The notes under the pieces were generated by a model, which was given only the letters and a program-made list of their open reading frames with translations, searched no databases and had not been told where the DNA came from. 64,000 nt of DNA from a virus. The DNA lies in IMG/VR virus record IMGVR_UViG_3300032116_015770; one strand, written 5' to 3'. Positions 26,592 to 35,802 of this stretch are shown piece after piece. Numbering within the stretch: position 1 is the first letter of the stretch; every line of letters begins with the position of its first letter. The position numbers and the translations under genes are program-made.

Positions 26592-26607
26592 AATAGGAGA
26601 ATTACAC

Positions 26608-27147
26608 ATGACACGCTTTTTTACCGTTGCATTAGCAGCTGTTTTATTACTAGGTACGTATACAGGTGTTAGCGCAGTTACTAAACACAAGATTAAAAAT
26701 ATTAAGCAAGTTGAAAATATTAAAGATAAGCCACCCACATTAGCACAAAGGGAAAGACAACTTAATTGTTTGGCAAAGAATATTTATTTCGAAGCAGCAT
26801 CTGAGCCTTTTGAAGGTAAGGTTGCAGTAGCTCAAGTCACATTAAATAGAGCAGAGTCAGGAAAATTTCCTAATGACATCTGTCAAGTAGTATATCAAAA
26901 GACAAAGATTGATGAAAAGATCGTTTGTCAGTTCTCATGGTACTGCGATAAAGGACCTGTAGTAAGATCTAAAGAGATGTATGCGGAATCTATGGAAGTA
27001 GCTAAAAAGGTCCTGTTAGAGGATTTTAGATTGCCATCTGTAGAGAAGGCATTATACTATCATGCTGACTACATTAAAAAACCTAACTGGGGTAAACCAG
27101 TAGTGGCACGTATTGGACGTCATATATTTTATGGAGATAGAACGTGA
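26608..27147 (+). CDS. SleB-like cell wall hydrolase (Hydrolase_2) with N-terminal signal/anchor
   Basis: CLAKNIYFEA, AVAQVTLNR, CQFSW, YYHADY, IGRHIFY; ATG 26608 after AGGAG. Confidence 0.88.
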   Translation: MTRFFTVALAAVLLLGTYTGVSAVTKHKIKNIKQVENIKDKPPTLAQRERQLNCLAKNIYFEAASEPFEGKVAVAQVTLNRAESGKFPNDICQVVYQKTKIDEKIVCQFSWYCDKGPVVRSKEMYAESMEVAKKVLLEDFRLPSVEKALYYHADYIKKPNWGKPVVARIGRHIFYGDRT

Positions 27148-27461
27148 ATTTAATGGAAACACTTATAGTATGGAAAGAAAAAGCAGTAAAGTTTTTTGAG
27201 TCGTTTCCTAAAGCATCTGCTGATGTATTTGCCTGGATAAGTATTGTTATATTATGCTTAAGTAATATACCAAGTTATTATGCATTGATGACGGCTGTAA
27301 CGGATAAGACTCCTCCCCTGGATATGTCCTTAATTGTATGGGTCGGTCTATTGCTTTATTTCTTCCGTTCAGCTATACTTAAAGACATGATTATGGTAGC
27401 AACTATTGGATTAGGTTTTGCTATTCAACTCATCTTTTTAGGGCTCATTTATTTCATATGA
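27144..27461 (+). CDS. Small multi-pass membrane protein
   Basis: Three hydrophobic helices. Confidence 0.65.
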   Translation: MNLMETLIVWKEKAVKFFESFPKASADVFAWISIVILCLSNIPSYYALMTAVTDKTPPLDMSLIVWVGLLLYFFRSAILKDMIMVATIGLGFAIQLIFLGLIYFI

Positions 27462-27721
27462 CCGACGACATAACTGAACTAACTGATGCGTTAGTAATTA
27501 CCAAGCGCTTTAGATCACCTAATGAGTTTAGTATCTTCATTGATGAGCGAGTTAATAAACTAAAGATTGGTTACATGGATGCAGTTATTAATTACTGCCA
27601 GGAAATGGATATTGATGTTGAATCCATAGGTCCATTAATAAATCAAAAACTTCGTGAAAAGATACAAGTAGAGGCCGAGCAGGCAAATATGATTAAACCA
27701 AGAGGTCATCTGCCTATATGA
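27458..27721 (+). CDS. gp33: Late transcription coactivator gp33
   Basis: YMDAV..YC....ID.ESI..LI...L.EKI..EA...N; synteny with gp59 and gp32. Confidence 0.85.
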   Translation: MTDDITELTDALVITKRFRSPNEFSIFIDERVNKLKIGYMDAVINYCQEMDIDVESIGPLINQKLREKIQVEAEQANMIKPRGHLPI

Positions 27722-28332
27722 TAATGGAACCATTTGAAGTTTATCGTTATTACCTAGCATTAAGATTACATTTTACTACTGACAAGTATGATGTGATTAA
27801 GCAACAAGGAAAAGTCAGAGCATCACGCCAGGCGTTTAATAAACGTAAGGATCTATTGTCCATTAAACGCGTTGCAGATACCTATAGTGATAAAGATGTA
27901 GTAGATTTTTTAGTAGCAAATTTCGTATCAGGTGATCGCTGGGGTGGTGTATTTGATTCTGAGGCTAAAACCAGATATACGGAGTGGAAGCGGCGCATTG
28001 AATCTTTAAGCTATACCTTCGATAAGGAGATATGTAAACTTAGAGATATATGTGATCGAGATAATTTACCGTACGATACTATATTTAAAGTAACAACCGG
28101 GCAACACCCGTTTATACTTAAAGCATTCTTGCGCAACGACATTTCTATAGAAACTCTAGTTATATTGGATAGCATAAATAACTATGTTGCAGCATTAGAC
28201 GAAGTACTTGCTTTAGACTTAATCTGGCCGGATATATCGAGAACTATTAAGAAGTATAAACCTTTTCTTACGGTAAAAAAAGAAAAATACAATGACATCT
28301 TTAGAAGACGATTTGGATCTAGTACAGACTAG
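27718..28332 (+). CDS. gp59: Helicase loader gp59
   Basis: YLALRLHFT..KYD, FLVANF, ISIETL..LD, KYKPFL. Confidence 0.88.
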   Translation: MIMEPFEVYRYYLALRLHFTTDKYDVIKQQGKVRASRQAFNKRKDLLSIKRVADTYSDKDVVDFLVANFVSGDRWGGVFDSEAKTRYTEWKRRIESLSYTFDKEICKLRDICDRDNLPYDTIFKVTTGQHPFILKAFLRNDISIETLVILDSINNYVAALDEVLALDLIWPDISRTIKKYKPFLTVKKEKYNDIFRRRFGSSTD

Positions 28333-28510
28333 AATTATACAAATTGAGAAAAACATTAATATGTTAAATGAGAATTGCCAACATCTAGCTGATCATATGA
28401 GAGAAACTCAAAGATTTTTGGTAAAGTTAGCACAAAATCAGGCTGAGATTACTAAGAGGATATCGCAGTGGCCTTATATTGCGGTAGAACGTAAAGGTGA
28501 AGAAGAGTAA
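28292..28510 (+). CDS. Coiled-coil hypothetical protein
   Basis: Heptad-rich 72-aa ORF. Confidence 0.6.
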   Translation: MTSLEDDLDLVQTRIIQIEKNINMLNENCQHLADHMRETQRFLVKLAQNQAEITKRISQWPYIAVERKGEEE

Positions 28511-28523
28511 ATAGTTAATTTAT

Positions 28524-28715
28524 ATGAAGCAGAAGAATATAGATTGGGATCGCGAAAAGAAAATTCATCGCGTCGAAAAAGGTTCCAATAAGATGGATAA
28601 ACATCGGAACAAGATATATAATTTAGTTATCAATTCCGATGATTATAATGATCTAGAGGATGAGATTTACAGTGAAGTTTATGATGGCAACACCTTAAAA
28701 CATAAACGTCGCTAA
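28524..28715 (+). CDS. Hypothetical protein
   Basis: 63-aa ORF before gp32. Confidence 0.55.
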   Translation: MKQKNIDWDREKKIHRVEKGSNKMDKHRNKIYNLVINSDDYNDLEDEIYSEVYDGNTLKHKRR

Positions 28716-28748
28716 TACAACGCTATACACATTTATACGGAGATACAC

Positions 28749-29663
28749 ATGGCATTAGATTTTTCTGCCCTGAAGAAGGGTCGTGGTAATTTTGATTCAT
28801 TGATGAAAGAGGTTGAGAAGATCGCGCAACCCCAAGGTCAAGAATCGCAAAAAGATGATCGCTTCTGGCAACCAGAAGTAGATAAATCAGGAAACGGATT
28901 TGCAGTTATTCGTTTTCTACCCCCTCCTAAAGGTGAAGAACTTCCTTGGACACGTATTTGGAATCATGGATTCCAGGGTCCTACAGGTAAGTGGTACATC
29001 GAAAATTCACTAACTACATTAGGTAAGCCAGACCCTGTTTCTGAGCTTAACACCGAATTGTGGGCTACAGGTCTTGAGTCTAACAAAGACATCGTACGTA
29101 AACAAAAGCGTAGATTGACTTACATTTCTAACATCTATGTAGTCAAAGATCCTGCGCATCCAGAGAACGAAGGTAAAGTATTCCTTTATAAGTTCGGCAA
29201 GAAGATCTTCGACAAGATCAAGGATGTTATGCAGCCTCAATTTGAAGATGAGGATCCAATTAATCCTTTTGACTTCTGGAAGGGTGCTAACTTCAAACTC
29301 AAGATTCGTAATGTAGAGGGTTATCGTAACTACGATAAGTCTGAATTTGAATCACCATCAGTACTAGCTGACGATGATGAGATGGAAAAGATTTGGAACA
29401 GCCAGCATTCTCTACAAGAGTTTTTGGATCCTAAGCACTTTAAGTCTTACGATGAACTAAAGACTAAACTAATGAATGTGCTTAATGCTAGTGGTAGTTC
29501 CCTACCTGCTGCACAAGATCTAGATAACGAAGAGTTTGAATCACCACCTAAACCAAAAGCAGCTGCTAAACCACATGCAGCACCTTCGCAACCTAAACGT
29601 GAGTATGAAGAAGATGACGATGAATCACTATCCTTCTTCGCCAAGCTCGCCAATGACGACTAA
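28749..29663 (+). CDS. gp32: Single-stranded DNA-binding protein gp32
   Basis: DDRFW.P..DKSGNG.AVIRFLP, WYIENSLTT, YRNYDKSEF, acidic tail. Confidence 0.96.
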   Translation: MALDFSALKKGRGNFDSLMKEVEKIAQPQGQESQKDDRFWQPEVDKSGNGFAVIRFLPPPKGEELPWTRIWNHGFQGPTGKWYIENSLTTLGKPDPVSELNTELWATGLESNKDIVRKQKRRLTYISNIYVVKDPAHPENEGKVFLYKFGKKIFDKIKDVMQPQFEDEDPINPFDFWKGANFKLKIRNVEGYRNYDKSEFESPSVLADDDEMEKIWNSQHSLQEFLDPKHFKSYDELKTKLMNVLNASGSSLPAAQDLDNEEFESPPKPKAAAKPHAAPSQPKREYEEDDDESLSFFAKLANDD

Positions 29664-29672
29664 GAGGTAACT

Positions 29673-29834
29673 ATGAAACTACTACTAGCATTTTTTCTAG
29701 CGGTTAGTTCTTCTGCTTACGCAGCACCACCTAAGAAAGAAGAACCTAAAAAACTAGAAGTTAAAGTAAAGAAGCCTTGTAAACAAGGGCAAACTGAAGC
29801 AGACGGTTGTAGGGTAATGAAGAAACAGAAATAA
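29673..29834 (+). CDS. 53-aa secreted basic peptide (not in ORF track)
   Basis: SD GAGG; MKLLLAFFLAVSSSAYA signal peptide, Lys-rich mature part with two Cys. Confidence 0.7.
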   Translation: MKLLLAFFLAVSSSAYAAPPKKEEPKKLEVKVKKPCKQGQTEADGCRVMKKQK

Positions 29835-29835
29835 G

Positions 29836-29860
29836 AAAAGGGGCATTAAGCCCCTTTTTT
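29836..29860. terminator. Bidirectional rho-independent terminator
   Basis: AAAAGGGGC-ATTAA-GCCCCTTTTTT between convergent genes. Confidence 0.85.
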
Positions 29861-32033
29861 AATAAGTAGATACTCTATCTAGATGTTTATCTAAAGAAGA
29901 ATTAGTGTGACTTCTTGGTACTGCTTTCATTGGAGCAAACTGTGTACCACTACTATTATTAGTCGTATTGTTCATTATTACAGGTGCAGGGGCTGGTTTA
30001 GATTGAGCGGCCTCACGTATCTGGTCATTATATTCAACACTTAAATTACCTAAACTACTAGGCTCTTTCTTTACTGGAGCTACATTTGGTGCACCACCCC
30101 CTTGTTGTAAATAGCGAGCTTTAGCTTCTCTTTCAGCTTCCCTTACTTGACTCACGCTAAGCGTTTCCGAAGCCTCTCTACCTTCACCAGCAGTACGTAC
30201 ATTTCTACCCCTAATAACTTCTTGCTCTTCTTGTAATAACTTTTGATACTTTGGATCTTTAGTATAGTCTTTAGAAAAAACTTCTTTAGAAGCAGCAGTA
30301 GCCTTTACTGGTTTAGCTTTATCACCAGGGGGTGTAAGAGGAAAAGCTGCAGCACCTGTGGTTGTATTAACAGCATCTGCAGGTATTTCTTGCTTTGTAT
30401 CGCCTGTAAAATAATTCATTACTTTACCACCCAGTTCACCAGCTTTCTTACCTAATGAACTTCCTGCGAAGGCTCCTATAGCCCCGCCTGCTACACCTCC
30501 AACAACTGTACCTACAGGTCCGGCAAACGAACCTAATGCAGCACCTAGTTTCATACCGGCTAAACCACCGGCAGCCATACCTACACCTTCACCAACAGCT
30601 CCACCTTTTTTCTCGGTAGCTTGCTCATTAACCTGCTTAGTCATAGCATCAGCTTGTTCAGCAGTTAATTCACCAGATTTCTTTTTAGCTTCAATGTCAG
30701 CTAATGCAGCTTTTTGTTCATCAGATGCTTCTGAAAAACCAGAGTAGGCAGCGTAAGCGCCACCGGCAACAGCCAATGCTGCGCCACCTACTTTAGCAAC
30801 AGTACCAAGCCTACTAAAACGACTAGCTGCACCAGCAGCTTTTCCTGCTGCACCACCTTTCCCTCTACCACCTAATAAATCCTTTGCAGTATCTAATAAA
30901 CTACCACCCACACCACCGCTACCACCGGTAAATTCTTTTTCTTTTACAGTAGTTATAAGTTCGTCTAGTTTTTTGGTAATAGGTTGGTATTGTAAATCTA
31001 AATCAACTGGTTCCTTGGGAGAAATAGACTCAGATATTTTTCTTACAGAGTCTAATTGTTGTTTAGAAGTTTCTAATAAATCAGCAATAATAACATTATT
31101 TTCTTCCATGGACTTAGCCATAGCCTCTTGAGAGGTAACAACATTATCATCATTTTCTTTTTCTGATGCTTTTGCACCTTCCGCTTTTACTTCTTTTAAA
31201 TTCTGCTCTGCTTCTCTTACTCTTGGATCAATAGCTGCTAAATTAGTTTGTGCAGCTTCTAATCTAGCTTGTTCTGTATCAGTAGCCTCAAAACCACGTT
31301 TTTTGGCAGACGAAATATCACCTCTAGCTCCAGCTAGCTCTTGTTGAGCACCTTTTGTAGCTTCGTACCTTTTCCTACCTTCAGCCATTGTTTCATCTGA
31401 AACATACTCATCAGCTTCTTTTAATCTTCTTTCTGCTTCTTTTTTATCATACCCTGCTTTAAGGATACGTTCACGCATTTCGTCACGCTTACTTTGATCT
31501 CTTGCTCTACCTTCTTCGGTACGTAACCCGTAGTCTTTTGCAAATTGTTCTTTTTCCGGATTATAACCCGCTGGTGCAGAAATTATATCTCCTATGTCAC
31601 CCATTCTTTCATAGGCTTTATTTTGAACACTAGATGCAAAACCACCTATTGATTCTTTTATATTCTTTATAGGTGCTTTTAAGAACTCTTTTGTAGCTTC
31701 TCTTCTAGCTCTAATACCACCAACAGCAGACATTAATTTTTCTTTTAATGTTACCGGGGCTTCTTTTTCCCCTAACTTGGTGCTTTCACCAGGAGTCTCT
31801 TTATCCTCTTTTCCTCTGCTCGGCTTATTAAAACTATCTTTTAAATCTTTTAAAGTTTTATTAATATCTTCTAACTGTTTACCAACTTCATCCTTTAAAG
31901 TCTTATCTAAGGTCTTCGTACCTTTTTCTGATATCTGTTCAAACTTCTTTTCCTCAAGTAATACACCTAACGGTTTTTCCCCGGCATCTCCAGTAGATGC
32001 AGATTTTTTTATGTCTTCTATTGCTTTTTTCAT
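29859..32033 (-). CDS. Tape measure / baseplate hub protein (gp29-like)
   Basis: 724 aa, helical, glycine-zipper segment, N-rich C-terminus; follows gp26 and gp51. Confidence 0.65.
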   Translation of the reverse strand: MKKAIEDIKKSASTGDAGEKPLGVLLEEKKFEQISEKGTKTLDKTLKDEVGKQLEDINKTLKDLKDSFNKPSRGKEDKETPGESTKLGEKEAPVTLKEKLMSAVGGIRARREATKEFLKAPIKNIKESIGGFASSVQNKAYERMGDIGDIISAPAGYNPEKEQFAKDYGLRTEEGRARDQSKRDEMRERILKAGYDKKEAERRLKEADEYVSDETMAEGRKRYEATKGAQQELAGARGDISSAKKRGFEATDTEQARLEAAQTNLAAIDPRVREAEQNLKEVKAEGAKASEKENDDNVVTSQEAMAKSMEENNVIIADLLETSKQQLDSVRKISESISPKEPVDLDLQYQPITKKLDELITTVKEKEFTGGSGGVGGSLLDTAKDLLGGRGKGGAAGKAAGAASRFSRLGTVAKVGGAALAVAGGAYAAYSGFSEASDEQKAALADIEAKKKSGELTAEQADAMTKQVNEQATEKKGGAVGEGVGMAAGGLAGMKLGAALGSFAGPVGTVVGGVAGGAIGAFAGSSLGKKAGELGGKVMNYFTGDTKQEIPADAVNTTTGAAAFPLTPPGDKAKPVKATAASKEVFSKDYTKDPKYQKLLQEEQEVIRGRNVRTAGEGREASETLSVSQVREAEREAKARYLQQGGGAPNVAPVKKEPSSLGNLSVEYNDQIREAAQSKPAPAPVIMNNTTNNSSGTQFAPMKAVPRSHTNSSLDKHLDRVSTY

Positions 32034-32233
32034 TATAGGTGCTTACTATTCTGTTGAAGAATTTTTAATTTATCGTTTTCTTTTTTAACATGATCAACCA
32101 GAAGAGCTACGTAAATTTCCCTTTCCCAGGGTAACATATTTTCTAATTCTGTCAACGAGTACTTGTGATGTTGCATTAACGCAAAATTTAAAGTATAATA
32201 ATTAAGTAAGTTATCTTGAGAAAGGGTTATACG
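32033..32233 (-). CDS. gp51: gp51-like baseplate hub assembly protein (not in ORF track; probably made as a frameshift extension of gp26)
   Basis: RITLSQDNLLNYYTLNFALMQHHKYSLTELENMLPWEREIYV...KHL*; the stop overlaps the tape measure ATG; first ATG only at 32176. Confidence 0.85.
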   Translation of the reverse strand, partial: RITLSQDNLLNYYTLNFALMQHHKYSLTELENMLPWEREIYVALLVDHVKKENDKLKILQQNSKHL

Positions 32234-32922
32234 AAAAAATTTTGTAATCCGGTTAATTTAGTAACATTATGCTTACCACACTCATTACAATCTGCTTCTA
32301 TAGTCTGTACAACTTTAGGAGAAGTTGTAAAAAACTTCTCTATTTTTTCGAACTGAGATTTTGTAAAAGATTCAACAAACTCTCTTAATTCGTTTTTAGT
32401 CTGATCCTGTGCTTCATAGTATTCATCATTACTATAAACACCTTTAATACTGTTAGCAATTAACTCAATAATATCATCTGTACTACCATCTCCGATAACA
32501 TTTACCACATCATCAAATACTGGATAATTCATCTCAATACTATACATATCCGTTAACTTTATAATATTAGAGTGATCAGGTTCTTTTTCAATACTAACAT
32601 TTTCAATATTATAAGTTGCATCGATCTTATTTCCACATTCACAATTTACAATTACTTCTACTATTTCACTAATAGATTTTGCCCTTAAGTGTAAAAAGAT
32701 GTACTCTACATCGAAATGCGGCAGTTTATTAACTTGTAACTTATTAAAGGTACAAACATCTACTAATTCTCTTACAACTCTAGAAACTTCTTCTTCATTA
32801 GCGTCAGTTAGTGTTAATAAAATCTTATGTTCTTTTACTAGAAAAGGTCTATATGAAATTGGTTTATTGGTTGAAGGTAAAATCAATTCATACGTTGGTG
32901 TATCTAATTTTGGTAAAGCCAT
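32227..32922 (-). CDS. gp26: Baseplate hub assembly protein gp26
   Basis: MALPKLDTPTYEL..PS....YRPFLVKE.K, FDVEYIFL.LRAKS, C..C, GLQNFF. Confidence 0.9.
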   Translation of the reverse strand: MALPKLDTPTYELILPSTNKPISYRPFLVKEHKILLTLTDANEEEVSRVVRELVDVCTFNKLQVNKLPHFDVEYIFLHLRAKSISEIVEVIVNCECGNKIDATYNIENVSIEKEPDHSNIIKLTDMYSIEMNYPVFDDVVNVIGDGSTDDIIELIANSIKGVYSNDEYYEAQDQTKNELREFVESFTKSQFEKIEKFFTTSPKVVQTIEADCNECGKHNVTKLTGLQNFFV

Positions 32923-32934
32923 TATATCTCCTAA

Positions 32935-33636
32935 TTAACCAAATGATCCTGCTCCTACTTGTTGTCCGTTTTGATTATCTAAACCATCCGCCAGTCTAGG
33001 GGAAGGGCTTTGGATAGGCTTATTCGAAACGCTCTTATTAGCAGCTGCAGTAGTAACTGTCTTATTAACAAATATAGGTGTGGGTACGTCAGCTACTCTT
33101 GTAGTGCTTAAGTCTCTCCAATAACGATATGCAAATAAAACATTTAATCTATGTGTTTGATTAGTTGAGTTGTGATTAAGATCTAATAAATTTGCATTTC
33201 TAGGAAATGCATCTATTAACTCAACTTCATACGTAATATTTTCTTCTTCATCTAACTGTCTTATAATAACAGTGCCTTTATAATCATTTAACCAACCTAC
33301 AGTATAGCTATCTTTATCTACTACGGAATGCAACCAAGAATCAAAAAACCTTTTAATTTTCATCTCTCTGTCTAGATGAAAAACAATAGATGTACCTTCA
33401 CCACCATAATCACTTGTGATTGGTTTTTGGTATGCAGGTCCAAATATCTTAAATGGTTTAGTTTGAATATTAAGAATAGGGAAAGAAGCCTGCTCAGCAA
33501 ATAAACTTACTAAATCTGAACTCTGTCTAAGAGCAGCAGGGGGAATAATTTGAATTTCAAAACGATTAGTTCTAGCTAGACTTTTAGCTAAAAGAGTGGC
33601 TCTAAAATCCGCAATTTTAAAATGTGCTTTATTCAT
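32935..33636 (-). CDS. gp54: Baseplate tail-tube initiator (gp54-like)
   Basis: LARTNRF, FF..W, IRQLD, AFP, V.FAYRYW tube-fold motifs. Confidence 0.7.
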   Translation of the reverse strand: MNKAHFKIADFRATLLAKSLARTNRFEIQIIPPAALRQSSDLVSLFAEQASFPILNIQTKPFKIFGPAYQKPITSDYGGEGTSIVFHLDREMKIKRFFDSWLHSVVDKDSYTVGWLNDYKGTVIIRQLDEEENITYEVELIDAFPRNANLLDLNHNSTNQTHRLNVLFAYRYWRDLSTTRVADVPTPIFVNKTVTTAAANKSVSNKPIQSPSPRLADGLDNQNGQQVGAGSFG

Positions 33637-34205
33637 TAGTATTTTTTCCTGGTCTCTCTCCAGACCGTTTCTTTAGTAGCACCTACAAAACGCTCTACTG
33701 GTAATTGAGATGCTGTTATCCAATCAGGATATTTAATTTTTAAAAAACGTGATTCTACATGATCATACAGATAATGTTTTACACACGCTCTTGCTGGCTC
33801 AAGTTTTGATACTGATTCTACAATCTGCCAATTTATTCTTACTTTTGTATCATCACCTATCTTCTCACTTGCTGTGTAATTATGCATTGCACCTAGTACT
33901 TTAAATCTTACCATATAGGGTAGATAATGAAGATTGATTCCATAGAATCCATTCTCAACTCGGCGAAATGCTAATATTAAAGGAAACTTATCCCAGTATG
34001 GTAAAGAGTCTTTAAGTTTCGCTTCATAAAAAAACATATACATGTTACCAGGTATAATTTGCGAAACTAGCTCTCCACCTCTGGACATTAAGCTTTCAGG
34101 TCTAGTACTCGCAAGAACTTTAAGGTTATCGCGATACCATCTAAGTGAGCGATCAAGCTGCTGATTATTTGCTGCTTGACGAATGTTTTCGAAAGGATTT
34201 GCCAT
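33636..34205 (-). CDS. gp2: DNA end protector protein gp2
   Basis: PGNMYMFFY.AK.K..LPYWDKFPL, GINLHYLP, VKHYL..HV, LPVERF. Confidence 0.9.
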   Translation of the reverse strand: MANPFENIRQAANNQQLDRSLRWYRDNLKVLASTRPESLMSRGGELVSQIIPGNMYMFFYEAKLKDSLPYWDKFPLILAFRRVENGFYGINLHYLPYMVRFKVLGAMHNYTASEKIGDDTKVRINWQIVESVSKLEPARACVKHYLYDHVESRFLKIKYPDWITASQLPVERFVGATKETVWRETRKKY

Positions 34206-34210
34206 GGTAA

Positions 34211-34218
34211 TATTTATC
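34211..34218 (-). promoter_or_regulatory. Late promoter GATAAATA for gp2
   Basis: Five nt separate the motif from ATG 34205. Confidence 0.65.
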
Positions 34219-34665
34219 CTAACCAATTCCAAGGTCTTTTTCAGTTAACACTAAAAATTTCATTCCTCTATCTTGGCAGAATTCACCAGCGGCTTTCCAT
34301 TTAGCCTGATTAGTGCCGTAATTAAAAACCTCCTCTATGAATCTTTTGGTTTTACGTTTAGGTATTTCAGGAGGTTTTGTGAATTTTTCCGGTTTAATTT
34401 CTATTAAATACTTGGTTACTTTATTGGAAGAATCTCTTATTTTTACATAAAAATCAACAAAATATCTATGTACCTTATTATCTACTGGTGAGCGATAAGG
34501 TATAATAATTGTCTCAGAACCCCATTCCACTACAGCATCATTAAAATCACAATACTTCATGAACCTAAGCTCCCACGAAGATCTGTATATTACTTCCTGT
34601 AAGTCTCCACGGTACTTGGAAGGGTTAGAGATACGATAGTAACCTTTGTAGGTTGATTTATACAT
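34219..34665 (-). CDS. gp4: Head completion nuclease gp4 (TnsA-like)
   Basis: NPSKYRGD...YRSSWE..FM.YCD, WGSE, HRYFVDF, IEIKP, NQAKW.AA. Confidence 0.92.
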   Translation of the reverse strand: MYKSTYKGYYRISNPSKYRGDLQEVIYRSSWELRFMKYCDFNDAVVEWGSETIIIPYRSPVDNKVHRYFVDFYVKIRDSSNKVTKYLIEIKPEKFTKPPEIPKRKTKRFIEEVFNYGTNQAKWKAAGEFCQDRGMKFLVLTEKDLGIG

Positions 34666-34669
34666 ACGA

Positions 34670-34699
34670 GATAAATATAGTACATTTTCACTATTTATA
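34670..34699. promoter_or_regulatory. Face-to-face late promoters: GATAAATA (+, 34670-34677) and TATAAATA (-, 34692-34699)
   Basis: Both lie in the 39-nt gap between divergent gp4 and gp48. Confidence 0.75.
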
Positions 34700-34704
34700 A
34701 CAAA

Positions 34705-35802
34705 ATGCCAACACAAGACCGCCCTAGTACCAGCTCAATAAGCAACCTAAAACCAGGTAAAGATGCAAGCACATCAAAAAATAGGTATCAGGCTGGTCCT
34801 ATTTTTCAGTACCCTGTAGATCTTAATAATAATGAACTTAAGCATTACATAACATTTGAATTGGTTTCGCGTGGTAAATCTGAGGCTGTAAAAGGTAAAA
34901 AAGTACAAGAAATAAGAAACAATCCAGATAGCGCAAATCTATCTAGAGAGCAACTATCGGGTCTAGGAACTGGTGCAGTAGGGGCAGGGGCTGTTACATC
35001 TGGTGGTGCAGTTTATGCGCTAACAAAAAAATTATTTGATACTGTAGGTAAAACTGGAGATCAACAAAAAGGCGCACCTGGTGTAAGTATACCGGGAGTT
35101 GTTGCAGGTGGTGTTGCAGGTGTTGCTGTAGGTAAAGCTATGGCTGATTTCTTGACACCTGATGTCAAATACAAGCTGGAACAAGTAATAGCTTTGTATG
35201 TAGACGGGCCTCCTACAGTTCGCTATGGTATGAACTACACAAATAAAGAGCTAGGTAACTTAGCAGGGTTGATTGGTGGAGCTATCGGGGACACTTATAA
35301 AAATTTAAATTCTGCAGAGGCTTTATCTGCTATAGGTCTTCAGGCTGCAAAATTACCAGGTATATTTTCTGGTGTGGATATATCTACAGCTGCTCAAAAA
35401 GGAGCAGGTGTAGCTCTGAACCCGTTTAAAGAAGTAGTATTTGAATCGGTAGATTTTAGAACATTCCAATTTAAGTATAGATTTTTTCCTAGAAGCCCTG
35501 AAGAATCCAGAAGAGCAAAAGATATAATTAGCTTATTTAAATACCATATGCACCCGGAGATGTCGGATAATAGGTTATTCTTTAAATATCCATCAGAGTT
35601 TATAATTACTTACAATTATAATAGCGGGCGTAATACCTATTTTCATAAATTTGCAAACTGTGTATTAGAGACTATGGATTTAAGTTATGGTGGTGAACAG
35701 TTCTCTTCATTTAGTGATGGCAGCCCTACAGAAATTAACATGAGTCTTACATTCCGTGAAATCGAATTGTTAACTAAGAAGATGATCGATCAGGGGTACT
35801 AA
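34705..35802 (+). CDS. gp48: Baseplate tail-tube cap gp48
   Basis: NPFKEVVFESVDFRTFQF.Y.F.PRS, FKYHMHP, YPSEF.I, LTFREIE. Confidence 0.85.
   Translation: MPTQDRPSTSSISNLKPGKDASTSKNRYQAGPIFQYPVDLNNNELKHYITFELVSRGKSEAVKGKKVQEIRNNPDSANLSREQLSGLGTGAVGAGAVTSGGAVYALTKKLFDTVGKTGDQQKGAPGVSIPGVVAGGVAGVAVGKAMADFLTPDVKYKLEQVIALYVDGPPTVRYGMNYTNKELGNLAGLIGGAIGDTYKNLNSAEALSAIGLQAAKLPGIFSGVDISTAAQKGAGVALNPFKEVVFESVDFRTFQFKYRFFPRSPEESRRAKDIISLFKYHMHPEMSDNRLFFKYPSEFIITYNYNSGRNTYFHKFANCVLETMDLSYGGEQFSSFSDGSPTEINMSLTFREIELLTKKMIDQGY

Noticed and set aside
30243-32999. Plus-strand ORFs opposite the tape measure gene and gp26
   Set aside because: Shadow ORFs of the minus-strand genes; the 32034-32226 gap is explained by gp51
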